From: Salibacter sp.
Lineage (GTDB): Bacteria > Bacteroidota > Bacteroidia > Flavobacteriales_G > Salibacteraceae
DNA length: 64,000 bases
Reading direction: 5' to 3'
Assembly: GCF_031581065.1 (NCBI RefSeq)
Contig: NZ_JAVLBN010000003.1
Span: 2,009-66,008, forward strand
The position numbers and the translations under genes are program-made. Below are positions 1 through 9,696 of this stretch, in pieces. The notes under the pieces were generated by a model. It was not told the origin of the DNA. It worked only from the letters and a program-made list of their open reading frames with translations, and made no database searches. Each line of letters begins with the position of its first letter. Positions within the stretch are counted from its first letter, which is position 1.

Positions 1-1572
1 ACTGTTCCAGCAGGAACGGGGTATGAAATGAATGCAACCGGTTCAACTGTTTCAGACTTGTACAGGAATAGTGGCGGTGCTTCATTCCCTTATACTAGTA
101 CTAATGGTTATGCAACAATAACAGACGGCACTTTAGCCGGATATTATTATTACTTCTATGACTGGGTGCTTTCTGACTCAGACTGCGAAAGTGCTCCTGC
201 AAGAGTTACATTTGAGTCTAATCCGATCCCTACAGTATCTCTCGGTAACGATACAGCATATTGCGAAGGAGATGCGTTCAATATCACACTAGATGCAGGA
301 AACGCTGGTGCTACTTACAACTGGAGTGATAACTCAACCAATCAAACACTTGTAGTAGATACAGCAGGTACATACTGGGTTGAAGTTACAAGTGCTGGTG
401 GATGTGTAGATACAGATACTCTTGAAGTAACAGAAAACGCACTTCCAATGGTAAGTCTTGGAAATGATACAGCTTACTGTGCAGGAGATGCGTTTAGCAC
501 TACACTAGATGCAGGCAATGCTGGAGCTACATACAACTGGAGCGATAACTCAACCAATCAAACACTTGCAGTAGATACAGCAGGTACATACTGGGTTGAG
601 GTTACAAACGCAAATGGTTGTGTGAGTACTGACACGCTAGAGGTAACAGAAAACGCACTTCCAATGGTGGACCTTGGAAATGATACAGCATACTGTGCAG
701 GTGATGCATTCAGTATAACATTGGATGCAGGAAATGCTGGTGCTACTTATAACTGGAGCGATAACTCAACTGGTCAGACCCTTACTGTAAATACAGCAGG
801 TACATACTGGGTTGAGGTAACAAACGCTGGCGGCTGTGTGAGCACAGATACGCTAGAAGTAACAGAAAGCTCAGTGCCAACTGTATCGCTCAATGATGCA
901 GATATTTGTGCTGATGAAACTGCTACCCTAGATGCAGGAGCTGGATTTGCCAGCTACAACTGGAGTACAGGAGAAACAACACAAACGATCACTGTGTCAT
1001 CAGATGATTCGTATGATGTTACCGTGACAAATGCAGCAGGATGTGAAGGAGAAGCATCAGCAGTAGTTACAGTTAATCCTCTACCGGTAGTTGACCTTGG
1101 AAATGACACATCAATGTCTCCAGGTTACACGATTACACTGGATGCAGGATCTGACGGAGACACATACAACTGGAACACAGGTGCATCAACTCAAACAGTA
1201 GATGTTGAGTATGGAGATGTACCAGCAGAGTTCTCAGTAGAAGTGACTTCAGCTGAAGGCTGTGTGTCAACCGACACGATTTACATCGATGCCAACACAG
1301 GAGTTAGAGACCTTGTTAAAGGATCTATCAAATTGTATCCAAACCCAACGCGTGGAAACGCTAAGCTGGATATGACACTCACTGAAGGAGGCGAGATGAT
1401 GATCGAAGTTTACAGTATTTCTGGTCAATTACTCGATCAGGTACAATACGGAGCTTCAGCAGGTCAACAAATCGTACCGGTTGATATGAGTAACTACGAA
1501 AACGGTATGTATATCATCAATGTGAAATTGAATGACGAGAGTATTTCTCAATTCAACGTTACGAAGATGTAG
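1..1572 (+). CDS. Cell-surface repeat protein with T9SS (Por) C-terminal sorting domain; 5' end cut by the window edge
   Basis: The frame is open from base 1, so the ATG at 28 is probably internal. Five ~72-aa modules (LGNDTAYCxGDAF..LDAGNAGATYNWSDNSTxQTL.VDTAGTYWVEVT...GCV.TDTLEV) are followed by KLYPNPTRGNAKLDM...GMYIINVKL, the pattern of Bacteroidota type IX secretion CTDs. Confidence 0.85.
   Translation, partial: TVPAGTGYEMNATGSTVSDLYRNSGGASFPYTSTNGYATITDGTLAGYYYYFYDWVLSDSDCESAPARVTFESNPIPTVSLGNDTAYCEGDAFNITLDAGNAGATYNWSDNSTNQTLVVDTAGTYWVEVTSAGGCVDTDTLEVTENALPMVSLGNDTAYCAGDAFSTTLDAGNAGATYNWSDNSTNQTLAVDTAGTYWVEVTNANGCVSTDTLEVTENALPMVDLGNDTAYCAGDAFSITLDAGNAGATYNWSDNSTGQTLTVNTAGTYWVEVTNAGGCVSTDTLEVTESSVPTVSLNDADICADETATLDAGAGFASYNWSTGETTQTITVSSDDSYDVTVTNAAGCEGEASAVVTVNPLPVVDLGNDTSMSPGYTITLDAGSDGDTYNWNTGASTQTVDVEYGDVPAEFSVEVTSAEGCVSTDTIYIDANTGVRDLVKGSIKLYPNPTRGNAKLDMTLTEGGEMMIEVYSISGQLLDQVQYGASAGQQIVPVDMSNYENGMYIINVKLNDESISQFNVTKM
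241..1300 (+). repeat. In-frame tandem coding repeats, 216-nt period (three near-identical units, then two diverged units)
   Basis: Unit starts CTCGGTAACGAT (241), CTTGGAAATGAT (457) and CTTGGAAATGAT (673) are exactly 216 nt apart. The translated units are almost identical for three copies. Confidence 0.85.
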
Positions 1573-1595
1573 TCTGGAAACTCATAGATAATTGA

Positions 1596-1628
1596 AAAGG
1601 GCATCGGCTTAGCTGATGCCCTTTTTTA
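1596..1628 (+). terminator. Rho-independent terminator downstream of the adhesin gene
   Basis: Stem GGGCATC (1599-1605) / GATGCCC (1615-1621) followed by a T run. Confidence 0.75.
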
Positions 1629-1868
1629 TTTACAGTATAAATAACCAGTATACCTAAGTGTAAATACCTTATTCTACTTTGTAGAATCTATAATTAAAAG
1701 AATAATGAACTTTTCTTCAACTGGCCAATAGGCTTATTACCAATATATAATATTGAGCCTTAAAAAACTTTGGGGTAAAGAAGGGTTCATTGATTTTACC
1801 AACTTGAGAGTTTAAGAATACTCAATTAAAAACTGTTTGTTTGAATTACCTGATACAGCATAATTTAG

Positions 1869-2606
1869 TTAATCCCTTGACTGTAAGCGGGCGAGCAACT
1901 TAAGCAGCTCCAGATAGAGCCATACCAGCGTTACCATCAATCCAAAAGCGCCAAACCATTCCATATATTTGGGAGCTCCTGACTTTGCACCACGCTCAAT
2001 AAAATCGAAGTCGAGTAATAAGTTGAATGCTGCTACACCCACAATTACCAGGTTGATTCCGATCATCATCCAGGATGTGTTTTGCAAACTCAAAAAAGAA
2101 CCGCCAAAAAAGCCCATCACCATGTTGATGATGTACATAAGAGCAATTCCGCCAGTTGCGGCCATTATTCCAGATCGCAACTTCTTGTTGACTTTGATGA
2201 TTCCGGTTCTGTAGAGAAAAAGCATTGCAAAAAACACACCTATTGTGGAGGCTACTGCCTGGAAAACAATACTTCCCCCGCCAAAACTTTGGCTGATGTA
2301 GAGTGATATACCACCAAGAGCCATTCCTTCAAGCAAAGCGTAAACGGGAGCTGATATAGGCGATAAATTTGGTTTGAAAGAAGTCACCAATGCTGCGATT
2401 AATCCGCCAATAATACCAACCCACATCAATGTTGTACTGGGGTTTAGCCATGTGTAAGAAGCGCTGGCTAAAACGAGTAGAGTCAATAGAATTGTCTTGT
2501 TGACAGTTCCCGCAATTGTCATAGCTCCATCTGCGGTTGAACTTTTTGTAGCTTCTTTAAATGCTTTCGAGTTAAAAGCTGGGTTTGAAGATTGTATTTG
2601 TCTCAT
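1869..2606 (-). CDS. Bax inhibitor-1/YccA family membrane protein
   Basis: 245 aa. An N-terminal polar segment (SNPAFNSKAF) is followed by about seven hydrophobic helices, the layout typical of BI-1/YccA proteins. Confidence 0.7.
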   Translation of the reverse strand: MRQIQSSNPAFNSKAFKEATKSSTADGAMTIAGTVNKTILLTLLVLASASYTWLNPSTTLMWVGIIGGLIAALVTSFKPNLSPISAPVYALLEGMALGGISLYISQSFGGGSIVFQAVASTIGVFFAMLFLYRTGIIKVNKKLRSGIMAATGGIALMYIINMVMGFFGGSFLSLQNTSWMMIGINLVIVGVAAFNLLLDFDFIERGAKSGAPKYMEWFGAFGLMVTLVWLYLELLKLLARLQSRD

Positions 2607-2655
2607 TGTTATTTTCAGTTTATTGAGATTCTAAACGACTTGTAGAATGAATTGG

Positions 2656-3090
2656 TTACTTTTTCCCGGTTGAGCCGAATCCGCCTTCTCCACGGTCACT
2701 GTCTTCGAGTGAATTTACTTCTCTCCATTCAACCTGTTCGTGTTTTGCTATGACCATTTGCGCCACACGCTCCCCATCTTCAATCGTTACGTCCTCATTG
2801 GATAAATTCACGAGCAATACACCAATTTCTCCACGATAATCGGCATCGATTGTGCCCGGAGCATTCAAAACTGTAATCCCTTGTTTAAATGCGAGTCCTG
2901 ATCGCGGCCTAATCTGAGCCTCATAGCCCGCCTTTAACTCCATAAAAAGCCCCGTCTTGATCAATGTCCGTTCAAGTGGCTTGAGCGTTACAGGAGCATC
3001 TAAATTAGCTCGCAGATCCATCCCGGCACTCTGCTCAGTAGCGTAGTGCGGTAGTTTGTGTTTGCCTTTGTTGACAATTTTTACGTTCAT
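2656..3090 (-). CDS. dut: dUTP diphosphatase
   Basis: 144 aa with trimeric dUTPase motifs: [33 protein letters not shown]. Confidence 0.93.
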   Translation of the reverse strand: MNVKIVNKGKHKLPHYATEQSAGMDLRANLDAPVTLKPLERTLIKTGLFMELKAGYEAQIRPRSGLAFKQGITVLNAPGTIDADYRGEIGVLLVNLSNEDVTIEDGERVAQMVIAKHEQVEWREVNSLEDSDRGEGGFGSTGKK

Positions 3091-4568
3091 AATAACTGTT
3101 TAATGCGTTTGCGTTCAATGGTCAGAACCGTAAACAGGAAGACGAGAAGTATTCCTGTGTTCAGGGTGTATTTCATCCAGCCTTCAAGTTCTGGAATCGT
3201 GCTGAGTCCATAGAGAGCTACAGCATAAGCCAAATAACCTAAAACTCTTTTTAGGTCGTATGGAATTGGGTTGTGTTTTTGGCCAAAGAAGTACGATAAA
3301 TAACACATACTGGCATAGGCTGCAAAAGTAGCCCATGCGGCTCCTTCATAGCCCATTTGCGGAATGAGCATGTAGTTGAGCACAACTGTAATGATGGCTC
3401 CAACTACAGCAAGATAAGCACCGTAAATTGTCAGGTTTTTAATCTTGTACCAAACACTCAGGTTGTAAGTCCAACCGAGGAAAATGTTGGCTAAAAGTAA
3501 AATTGGAACAATGTGTAATCCTTTCCAGTATTCCTCTCTTCCCAAAAAGTGTTTAAACAAATCGAGGTACATGAGTACGAATAAAAACATTCCCGATACG
3601 ATGATGGTAAACCAGTTCATGACATCGGCATAGGCGTGAGCCGCACCTTGTTGTTTTGCTCTAGAAAAGAAGAACGGCTCTACGGCATAGCGAAATGCCT
3701 GAATGAAGAGCGTGATTACGATGGAGAGTTTGTAAACACCTCCATAGATTCCAACCTGTGACTTTGCTGCTGTTTCACCGATTTCAGGTTCCAGAATTAC
3801 GCGAATGAGTCTCCTGTCAAGTGTTTCGTTGATGATGCCGGCAAAACCTGCAACCATAACGGGCAGTGCATAGATCAAAAGTGTTTTGATTTGCTGTGAG
3901 TCGAGTTTGAAGTGTACGAGCCTAAAGGTTGGTGATAGCGCGATAAACTTGATTCCGCTCGCAATCAGGTTGGCGATAAACACATATCCCACACCAATAG
4001 CCGGGTTGTAAAATGTGTCGATAACCCAGTTTGAAGTTCCTTCACGAGCTTCCGGAATGAGGTATCCGATGAAAAACAAGTTGAGCCCGATGTTGACGCC
4101 AATATTCAGGAAGTTGATAACAGCAAACTTCACTGATTTTTCATCTTTCCTTAGTTTGGCTAGCGGAATTGCCGATAATGCATCAAAACCGAGAGCCAGC
4201 CCCATCCACACGATGTACTCGGGGTTTTGCTCATATCCAATCCAGTCGGCCAGGAGGTTCTGACCGAAAATAATAATAATGAAAAAGATGACGGTGCTGT
4301 AAGACAAAAAGCCCAGCACGTTGCCAATTACTTTGTTGCTATCAGTGTTATGTTCGTTGATGTAGCGGAAATAGGCGGTTTCAAGCCCCCATGTGAGTAA
4401 GACAGCAAAAAAAGCTGAGAGTGCATAAATTTCAGTGATAACACCGTAATCAGCTGTGATGAATTGAGTCGTGTGCAGCGGCACCAATAGGTAGTTGAGA
4501 AACCGACCCAGCATGCTCGATAAGCCGTAAATAGCGGTTTGACCTGCCAGTTTTTTTAGTGCTGCCAT
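3087..4568 (-). CDS. Polysaccharide/oligosaccharide flippase (MOP/Wzx-like) membrane protein
   Basis: 493 aa and highly hydrophobic with about 12-14 helices. The N-terminal [26 protein letters not shown] is typical of polysaccharide biosynthesis flippases. It overlaps dut by 4 nt. Confidence 0.7.
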   Translation of the reverse strand: MAALKKLAGQTAIYGLSSMLGRFLNYLLVPLHTTQFITADYGVITEIYALSAFFAVLLTWGLETAYFRYINEHNTDSNKVIGNVLGFLSYSTVIFFIIIIFGQNLLADWIGYEQNPEYIVWMGLALGFDALSAIPLAKLRKDEKSVKFAVINFLNIGVNIGLNLFFIGYLIPEAREGTSNWVIDTFYNPAIGVGYVFIANLIASGIKFIALSPTFRLVHFKLDSQQIKTLLIYALPVMVAGFAGIINETLDRRLIRVILEPEIGETAAKSQVGIYGGVYKLSIVITLFIQAFRYAVEPFFFSRAKQQGAAHAYADVMNWFTIIVSGMFLFVLMYLDLFKHFLGREEYWKGLHIVPILLLANIFLGWTYNLSVWYKIKNLTIYGAYLAVVGAIITVVLNYMLIPQMGYEGAAWATFAAYASMCYLSYFFGQKHNPIPYDLKRVLGYLAYAVALYGLSTIPELEGWMKYTLNTGILLVFLFTVLTIERKRIKQLL

Positions 4569-4634
4569 GAATTGATTTGTAGCTCAAAAGTAAAATTTAA
4601 AATCGGGTTGTGGGGAGAAGAAGCATTGTAACAA

Positions 4635-4778
4635 AGGGGGTGTATCAAAAAGCTTCTATGAGATAAAAAAAGACTCGTGTTTTAAAGGCATTAATCCAGT
4701 ATTTTTAGCTACTACAAATTCTTAAGTAGCTTTTTAAAACCGAAAAATGTGAGATTTTTCGGTTTTGATACACCCCCT
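4635..4778. repeat. Nested inverted repeats in the intergenic region (16-bp perfect outer IR)
   Basis: AGGGGGTGTATCAAAA (4635-4650) pairs with TTTTGATACACCCCCT (4763-4778). The pair encloses two further hairpins. Confidence 0.8.
4736..4766 (-). terminator. Strong hairpin, likely terminator of the enoyl-CoA hydratase gene
   Basis: 13-bp stem AAAACCGAAAAAT / ATTTTTCGGTTTT with loop GTGAG, about 30 nt after the stop at 4798. Confidence 0.6.
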
Positions 4779-4797
4779 GTGAAAAGTATACTTTGAT

Positions 4798-5580
4798 TTA
4801 TTCGCCTTTAAAGTTCGGCTTGCGCTTTTCCAGGAAAGCTGAAGTTCCTTCTTTGAAATCTGCTGTTCCAAAAGAGTTTCCAAACTGGTTGATCTCTTCT
4901 TCAAAACCGTTTTTTCCTTCATCAAAGCCTGCATTAATCGCTTTGATAGCATTTCCAATGGCTTTAGGAGAATTCTTTTTGATGGCTTTTGCAATTTCCT
5001 CGCACTTTTCGAGAAGTTCACTCTGGAAAGTAACATGGTTGACGAGACCCCAGTGATGAGCATCTTCAGCATTGATCATGACTGCTGTAGCAACCATCTC
5101 AATCGCTTTTCCTTTTCCAACGAGCTGAGCGAGACGTTGAGTTCCTCCGTAACCCGGAATAACACCGAGAGAAACTTCAGGCAGTCCCATTTTGGCGTTT
5201 TCTGATGCCACGCGGATGTGACAACTCATAGCCAATTCGAGTCCGCCACCGAGAGCAAAACCGTTTACGGCTGCAATTACAGGCTTCCTGAGTGACTCAA
5301 CCAAATCGAATAACTTCTTGTGGCCGTCAGCACTCAGTGATTTTCCTTCTTCAACACTGTAGTTTGCAAATTCCTTGATATCAGCACCTGCAACAAAAGC
5401 TTTTTCGCCAGATCCGGTTAAAATGATCACCTGAATATCATTATTTGCCTCACCATCTTTGAAAGCCTGAGAGAGCTCGCCAATGGTCTCGCGATTAAGC
5501 GCGTTGAGTTGCTTGGGGCGGTTTATCGTGATGTATAGAATGTTGTCTTTTGACTCGGTTTGTATGTTGTTATATGCCAT
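4798..5580 (-). CDS. Enoyl-CoA hydratase/isomerase (crotonase family)
   Basis: 260 aa with crotonase-fold motifs: ILTGSGEKAFVAGADIKEF and NGFALGGGLELAMSCHIRVA. Confidence 0.88.
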   Translation of the reverse strand: MAYNNIQTESKDNILYITINRPKQLNALNRETIGELSQAFKDGEANNDIQVIILTGSGEKAFVAGADIKEFANYSVEEGKSLSADGHKKLFDLVESLRKPVIAAVNGFALGGGLELAMSCHIRVASENAKMGLPEVSLGVIPGYGGTQRLAQLVGKGKAIEMVATAVMINAEDAHHWGLVNHVTFQSELLEKCEEIAKAIKKNSPKAIGNAIKAINAGFDEGKNGFEEEINQFGNSFGTADFKEGTSAFLEKRKPNFKGE

Positions 5581-5615
5581 TTTAAATGATTTTTTGTCTG
5601 CTCAAAATTATACAT

Positions 5616-7067
5616 TTATTCAGAGCTCAACGGGAGCAAAATAGTGAAAGTGGTGCCTTCATTCACTTTTGTTTGGAAGTTGATTTCGCCTCCGGCAGCA
5701 ATTACGATATTCTTCACCATTGCCAATCCAAGGCCCATTCCGCTCGATTTTGTGGTGAAATTCGGACTAAAGATTTTCTCTTTCAATTCATCAGGAATGC
5801 CGCTTCCGTTATCGCTTATTTTCACGACAACATTTGAGTTTGTTTTTTCCAAAAAGATTTTGATTTCGGGCTCTCTTTCATCGGGCACGGCCTGCAATCC
5901 ATTTTTGATAAGGTTCGTGAAAGCGCGCAACAGGTGTTGTTTATCGGCAAAAACATAATGGTCAGATCCTTTTACATCAAGCTCGATTGCTCCGTTGTTG
6001 CGGTGCAACTCAATAGCCGAATTGAGGACAGATCTCAAACCAACTTTTTCGTTTTGTGCTTTTGGCATTTTGGCGAAATTGGAGAATTCATTCGCGATGC
6101 TTGAAAGTGTGTCGATTTGCTCAATTAGGTTCTGACCGATAGACTGAATGCGTTCTTCCAGCTCCTCAGGGTTTTGTTTTGCAGTGCGTTGAAGGTGCTG
6201 AATGTTGAGCCGCATTGGCGTGAGCGGATTTTTAATTTCGTGAGCAACCTGCCTGGCCATCTCTTTCCATGCAGATTCACGCTCGCTTTTGGCGAGTAAC
6301 TGTGCACTTTTTTCGAGCTCTTCCAGCATCCTGTTGTAGTCGTTGATGAGCTCGCCAATTTCATCTTTGCTGTTCCACTCAATGGGTTCATTTTTCTTGT
6401 TGATGCGCACTTCTTTGAGTTTCGCACTGATTTTTTTGAGCGTGTTGGTGATGTAGTTACTCAGTAGGAAAGCGACAATCGAGGCGAATAAAAACAACAA
6501 CACATAAACCTGGGCAAGAGTCAGCAGAAACGAAGAAACTTCATTCTGCATGGTTTGTGAGTCCTTGCGATACGGCAAATTGATAATAGCAATTTTCTTG
6601 TTGCCGTTCTCCAAAATGAAATAAGCGGAGAGATATTCCTCACCATCGAGCTGTTCCTTTTTGACGATGGATTCGTTGGGTTTGAGTTTGCCCAAAATTG
6701 AATCGTGGAGTGTTTTGGAGAAAACACCTTTTTCAAAAAGTTCAACCTGGGTTGAACCCAGTAAGTCACCATCAGTGGTATACACGTTTAGATCAACATC
6801 GTGAATTTCAGCCAATTCATGGATTTTGTTTTCCAGCTTTGCATTGACCTCTCTTATTCCGTTTTCAATGGTAAAATATTGCAGCGAAAGCATGATCGTG
6901 TTTTCCTGCTGCTGCAGTCTGTTTTGGTGAAACTGCTCGTTTCGGTTCTGAAAGAAAGCGTAGGTGGAAATACCGATGACAATGAGCGAAATGAGGATGA
7001 GCGCCATCATTGAAAGGTAGATGCGCGTACCCAATCCCAGTTTTAATGATTTTTTGCTCTTTGTCAT
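5616..7067 (-). CDS. Sensor histidine kinase (two TM segments, HAMP, HisKA, HATPase; NtrY-like H-box)
   Basis: 483 aa. H-box VAHEIKNPLTPM, N box FTNLIKNGLQA, G boxes SDNGSGIP and GMGLGLAMV. Confidence 0.88.
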   Translation of the reverse strand: MTKSKKSLKLGLGTRIYLSMMALILISLIVIGISTYAFFQNRNEQFHQNRLQQQENTIMLSLQYFTIENGIREVNAKLENKIHELAEIHDVDLNVYTTDGDLLGSTQVELFEKGVFSKTLHDSILGKLKPNESIVKKEQLDGEEYLSAYFILENGNKKIAIINLPYRKDSQTMQNEVSSFLLTLAQVYVLLFLFASIVAFLLSNYITNTLKKISAKLKEVRINKKNEPIEWNSKDEIGELINDYNRMLEELEKSAQLLAKSERESAWKEMARQVAHEIKNPLTPMRLNIQHLQRTAKQNPEELEERIQSIGQNLIEQIDTLSSIANEFSNFAKMPKAQNEKVGLRSVLNSAIELHRNNGAIELDVKGSDHYVFADKQHLLRAFTNLIKNGLQAVPDEREPEIKIFLEKTNSNVVVKISDNGSGIPDELKEKIFSPNFTTKSSGMGLGLAMVKNIVIAAGGEINFQTKVNEGTTFTILLPLSSE

Positions 7068-7107
7068 GGCTTATCTTTTCTTCAGATAAGCAAAAACCGG
7101 GCTAAAG

Positions 7108-8136
7108 TTATTCAGTGCCCTCGTCATTTGTAATTTCCTGAGCGCTTTCGTCAAGAATTTTGAATAACTGATCGAGGTTTGGCGTGAGGATTACTTCAAT
7201 TCTGCGGTTTTTTGCTTTACTTTCAGGAGTGTCGTTTGATGCGATTGGAAAGTGCTCTCCTCTACCGGCAGCTGTAAGCGTTTGTGGGTCGATGGAGCTA
7301 TTGTTCATCATAATTCTCACAACTGATGTAGCGCGCATCACAGAAAGGTCCCAGTTGTCTTTTATGCATGAAGAGCTTATAGGATCAGTATCGGTGTGGC
7401 CTTCAACCAGAATGGTGAGTTCATTTTGATTTTCCAAAGCTTTTGCTAATTGAACAACAGCTTTTGTACCTTCAGATCCGACACTTGTTGAGCCACTCGC
7501 AAATAGCAACTTGGCCTCCATTGAAACGTAAACGCGACCGTTGCGCTGTTCAACGGTAATACCTTTATCGGCAAAGCCTGTAAGTGCATCTTTTACTTTA
7601 TCGCGTAGTGCTTTTACAGCAGCATCCTTTTGAGCGATTATATTTTCGAGTTCCTGGACGCGTTTTTCACGAGCCTTGAGTTCTTCCTGGAGTTTGTTGA
7701 GTCTTTTTTCTTTGTCATCCAGTTTTTTGTCGAGCAGCTTGAGTTTGTCTTCCTTGATTTGAAGGTCGTCCTGTAGCGCCATTACTTCGCTCATCAGCTT
7801 GCGGTTTTCCGCATTCGACCCGCTTTCGAGAGCATCGGCCTTTTCACGAAGTTGTGTGTTGATTTTTTTGAGGCGATCAGTTTCGTGACGCAATTGGCGG
7901 TACTGTTTTGCTGTGGAAGCCGTATCGTCAATCATTGATCTCACAGCCTGCTTGAGCTTTTTTACCTCAGCTTTGAGCTCGGCATTTTCAGTTTCCAGGC
8001 GGTCTTTTTCTCCTGCGAGGTACTCGCGTTCTCCCTCGCATTTGTCGTATTTTGTTTTGAGTTCTTCAACGCGCTTTACAGGGACGCACGATGCAAACAG
8101 GGCGATGAACAAACTAAAAGCTATGAGTTTACGCAT
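7108..8136 (-). CDS. OmpA-family lipoprotein with a long coiled coil
   Basis: Start taken at ATG 8136 (MRKLIAFSLFIALFASC, lipobox). The ORF-track start at 8178 adds 14 unlikely residues. The heptad-rich middle is followed by a C-terminal OmpA-like domain (EGHTDTDP...NRRIEVIL). Confidence 0.8.
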   Translation of the reverse strand: MRKLIAFSLFIALFASCVPVKRVEELKTKYDKCEGEREYLAGEKDRLETENAELKAEVKKLKQAVRSMIDDTASTAKQYRQLRHETDRLKKINTQLREKADALESGSNAENRKLMSEVMALQDDLQIKEDKLKLLDKKLDDKEKRLNKLQEELKAREKRVQELENIIAQKDAAVKALRDKVKDALTGFADKGITVEQRNGRVYVSMEAKLLFASGSTSVGSEGTKAVVQLAKALENQNELTILVEGHTDTDPISSSCIKDNWDLSVMRATSVVRIMMNNSSIDPQTLTAAGRGEHFPIASNDTPESKAKNRRIEVILTPNLDQLFKILDESAQEITNDEGTE

Positions 8137-8234
8137 GATACAGATACATTTTTTCCAATATACAAAGGTTGATGTCAAACGCGCTCAAAACAATGGATAT
8201 TGCGCTATTTTATGAACAGATGTCTTTTGACAAC

Positions 8235-9446
8235 CTAAGGGATTAGTAAAGAACTGTCACCGTAACTCAAAAACCTGAACTCATTGTTGAGCGCATAACC
8301 GTACACTTTTTTCCAGTCAGACCCAATAAGAGCTGCGACCAGTAGCAAAAGTGTGCTTCCGGGCTGATGAAAATTGGTGATGAGTCCGTCACACACCTTA
8401 AACTTGTATCCCGGGGCGATGATAATCTCAGTTTGTCCACTCAACTTGTCAAGTTTGTGGTGCTTCATGTATTCCAGAATCATTTGGAGCGACTCACCTC
8501 TGGATGCATCCCACGGCTCATCGTAGGGTTCCCACTGCCCGATGCGAAACGGCATTTCCATTTTGAAGCCGTGCTTAGCGATTTGTGCGCCAACCCAATA
8601 AAGACTCTCCATCGTGCGCATGGCAGTTGTTCCAACGGTTATGAGTTTTTTATCATCCGTTTTGAGTAGTTCTTCAATGGTTTTTTTATTCACTTCAAAA
8701 AACTCACCGTGCATAGCGTGATCACCAATTTTATCGGTTTGCACGGGTCTGAATGTGCCGGCACTCACGTGCAGAGTAATTTGAGAAGAGTTGATTTTTG
8801 CTTTTTCAATATCGGTCAGAACCGAAGGCGTGAAGTGCAAACCCGCAGTGGGTGCAGCAACTGATCCTTCCACTTTGGCGAAAACTGTTTGATAGCGTGA
8901 TTTGTCTTCCTCCTCAGCTTCTCGTGTCATGTAAGGAGGTAATGGAACTTTTCCGGCTTCTTCCAAAAGTTGAGAAAAGGTGAAGTTTTTAGGCTCCCAG
9001 CTAAACTCGATCAAAAAGCGGACATCTTCCCTGTCGATTTTTTTGACATTCAATAGATCGCCTCTTCCCGTTTGGAGCGTGAGTTTTTCTTCTTTCCATT
9101 TTTTTGCTCCGCCAACCATGCACCACCAGCGTGTGCTTTTGGTTTGTGAAAGAGCCAGCTCAGCGCTCGGTTCTGACTGTGGCTCGAGACAAAATACTTC
9201 GATAACACGCCCGTTTCGGTTGCGGAAAAACAGCCGGGCGGGAACGACCTTTGTGTTGTTAAAAATTAGGTGACTGTTTGATGGCAGCTCTTTTGGTAGC
9301 TGATTGAAGGTTTTGTGATCGATTTGTCTCTTCCTGTAAGTGAGAAGTTTTGAGCTATCTCGTGGTTCAACAGGGTATTGAGCGATTTTTTCATCGGGCA
9401 GGTTGTACTGGTAGCTCGCGATTGAAATTTCCTTGGGATGGGCCAT
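8235..9446 (-). CDS. queA: S-adenosylmethionine:tRNA ribosyltransferase-isomerase
   Basis: 403 aa. The N-terminal YNLPDEKIAQYPVEPRDSSKLL, TAGLHFT and C-terminal FRFLSYGDSSLL are QueA hallmarks. Confidence 0.9.
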   Translation of the reverse strand: MAHPKEISIASYQYNLPDEKIAQYPVEPRDSSKLLTYRKRQIDHKTFNQLPKELPSNSHLIFNNTKVVPARLFFRNRNGRVIEVFCLEPQSEPSAELALSQTKSTRWWCMVGGAKKWKEEKLTLQTGRGDLLNVKKIDREDVRFLIEFSWEPKNFTFSQLLEEAGKVPLPPYMTREAEEEDKSRYQTVFAKVEGSVAAPTAGLHFTPSVLTDIEKAKINSSQITLHVSAGTFRPVQTDKIGDHAMHGEFFEVNKKTIEELLKTDDKKLITVGTTAMRTMESLYWVGAQIAKHGFKMEMPFRIGQWEPYDEPWDASRGESLQMILEYMKHHKLDKLSGQTEIIIAPGYKFKVCDGLITNFHQPGSTLLLLVAALIGSDWKKVYGYALNNEFRFLSYGDSSLLIP

Positions 9447-9483
9447 TCTTAACTTTTTGACAAAAGTAAAGATGACGGATTTA

Positions 9484-9645
9484 TCAGCTATCTAGCTTTT
9501 CTATTTCTTTCAATACATCATCAGCTTCCTGCATTTTTTGATCGGCAGCCTTTCTGTCTTTATGCGATAGAGCGTGTGACTCCTCCATCAATTTTTTGTA
9601 TTTCTTTTGAAGTTTCTTTTTGGGATCAGAATTGAATAGTCCAAA
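9484..9645 (-). CDS. Small conserved hypothetical protein (Lacal_2735-like)
   Basis: Likely start is MFGLFNSDPKKKLQKKYKKLMEE at 9645. It is a small basic/acidic helical protein of a type common in Flavobacteriia. Confidence 0.5.
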   Translation of the reverse strand, partial: FGLFNSDPKKKLQKKYKKLMEESHALSHKDRKAADQKMQEADDVLKEIEKLDS

Positions 9646-9696
9646 CATATTATCTCTATTTATGATTAGAACAGTCATAGTCTGCTAATGTTCGCG

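Noticed and set aside
241-1300. The regular tandem repeats (216-nt period here, 240-nt period at 56228-57430) were considered as possible CRISPR or satellite arrays.
   Set aside because: They are in frame inside long ORFs, have no unique spacers, and translate into Ig-like protein modules. They are coding domain repeats.
7108-8178. The ORF-track starts at 8178 (OmpA-like), 9678 (small protein), 37248 (RfaE-like) and 40305 (DUF4270-like) were considered as true N-termini.
   Set aside because: Internal ATGs at 8136, 9645, 37215 and 40455 give proper signal/lipobox or family-typical N-termini and remove overlaps with upstream genes. The longer forms are probably read-through of the ORF caller.
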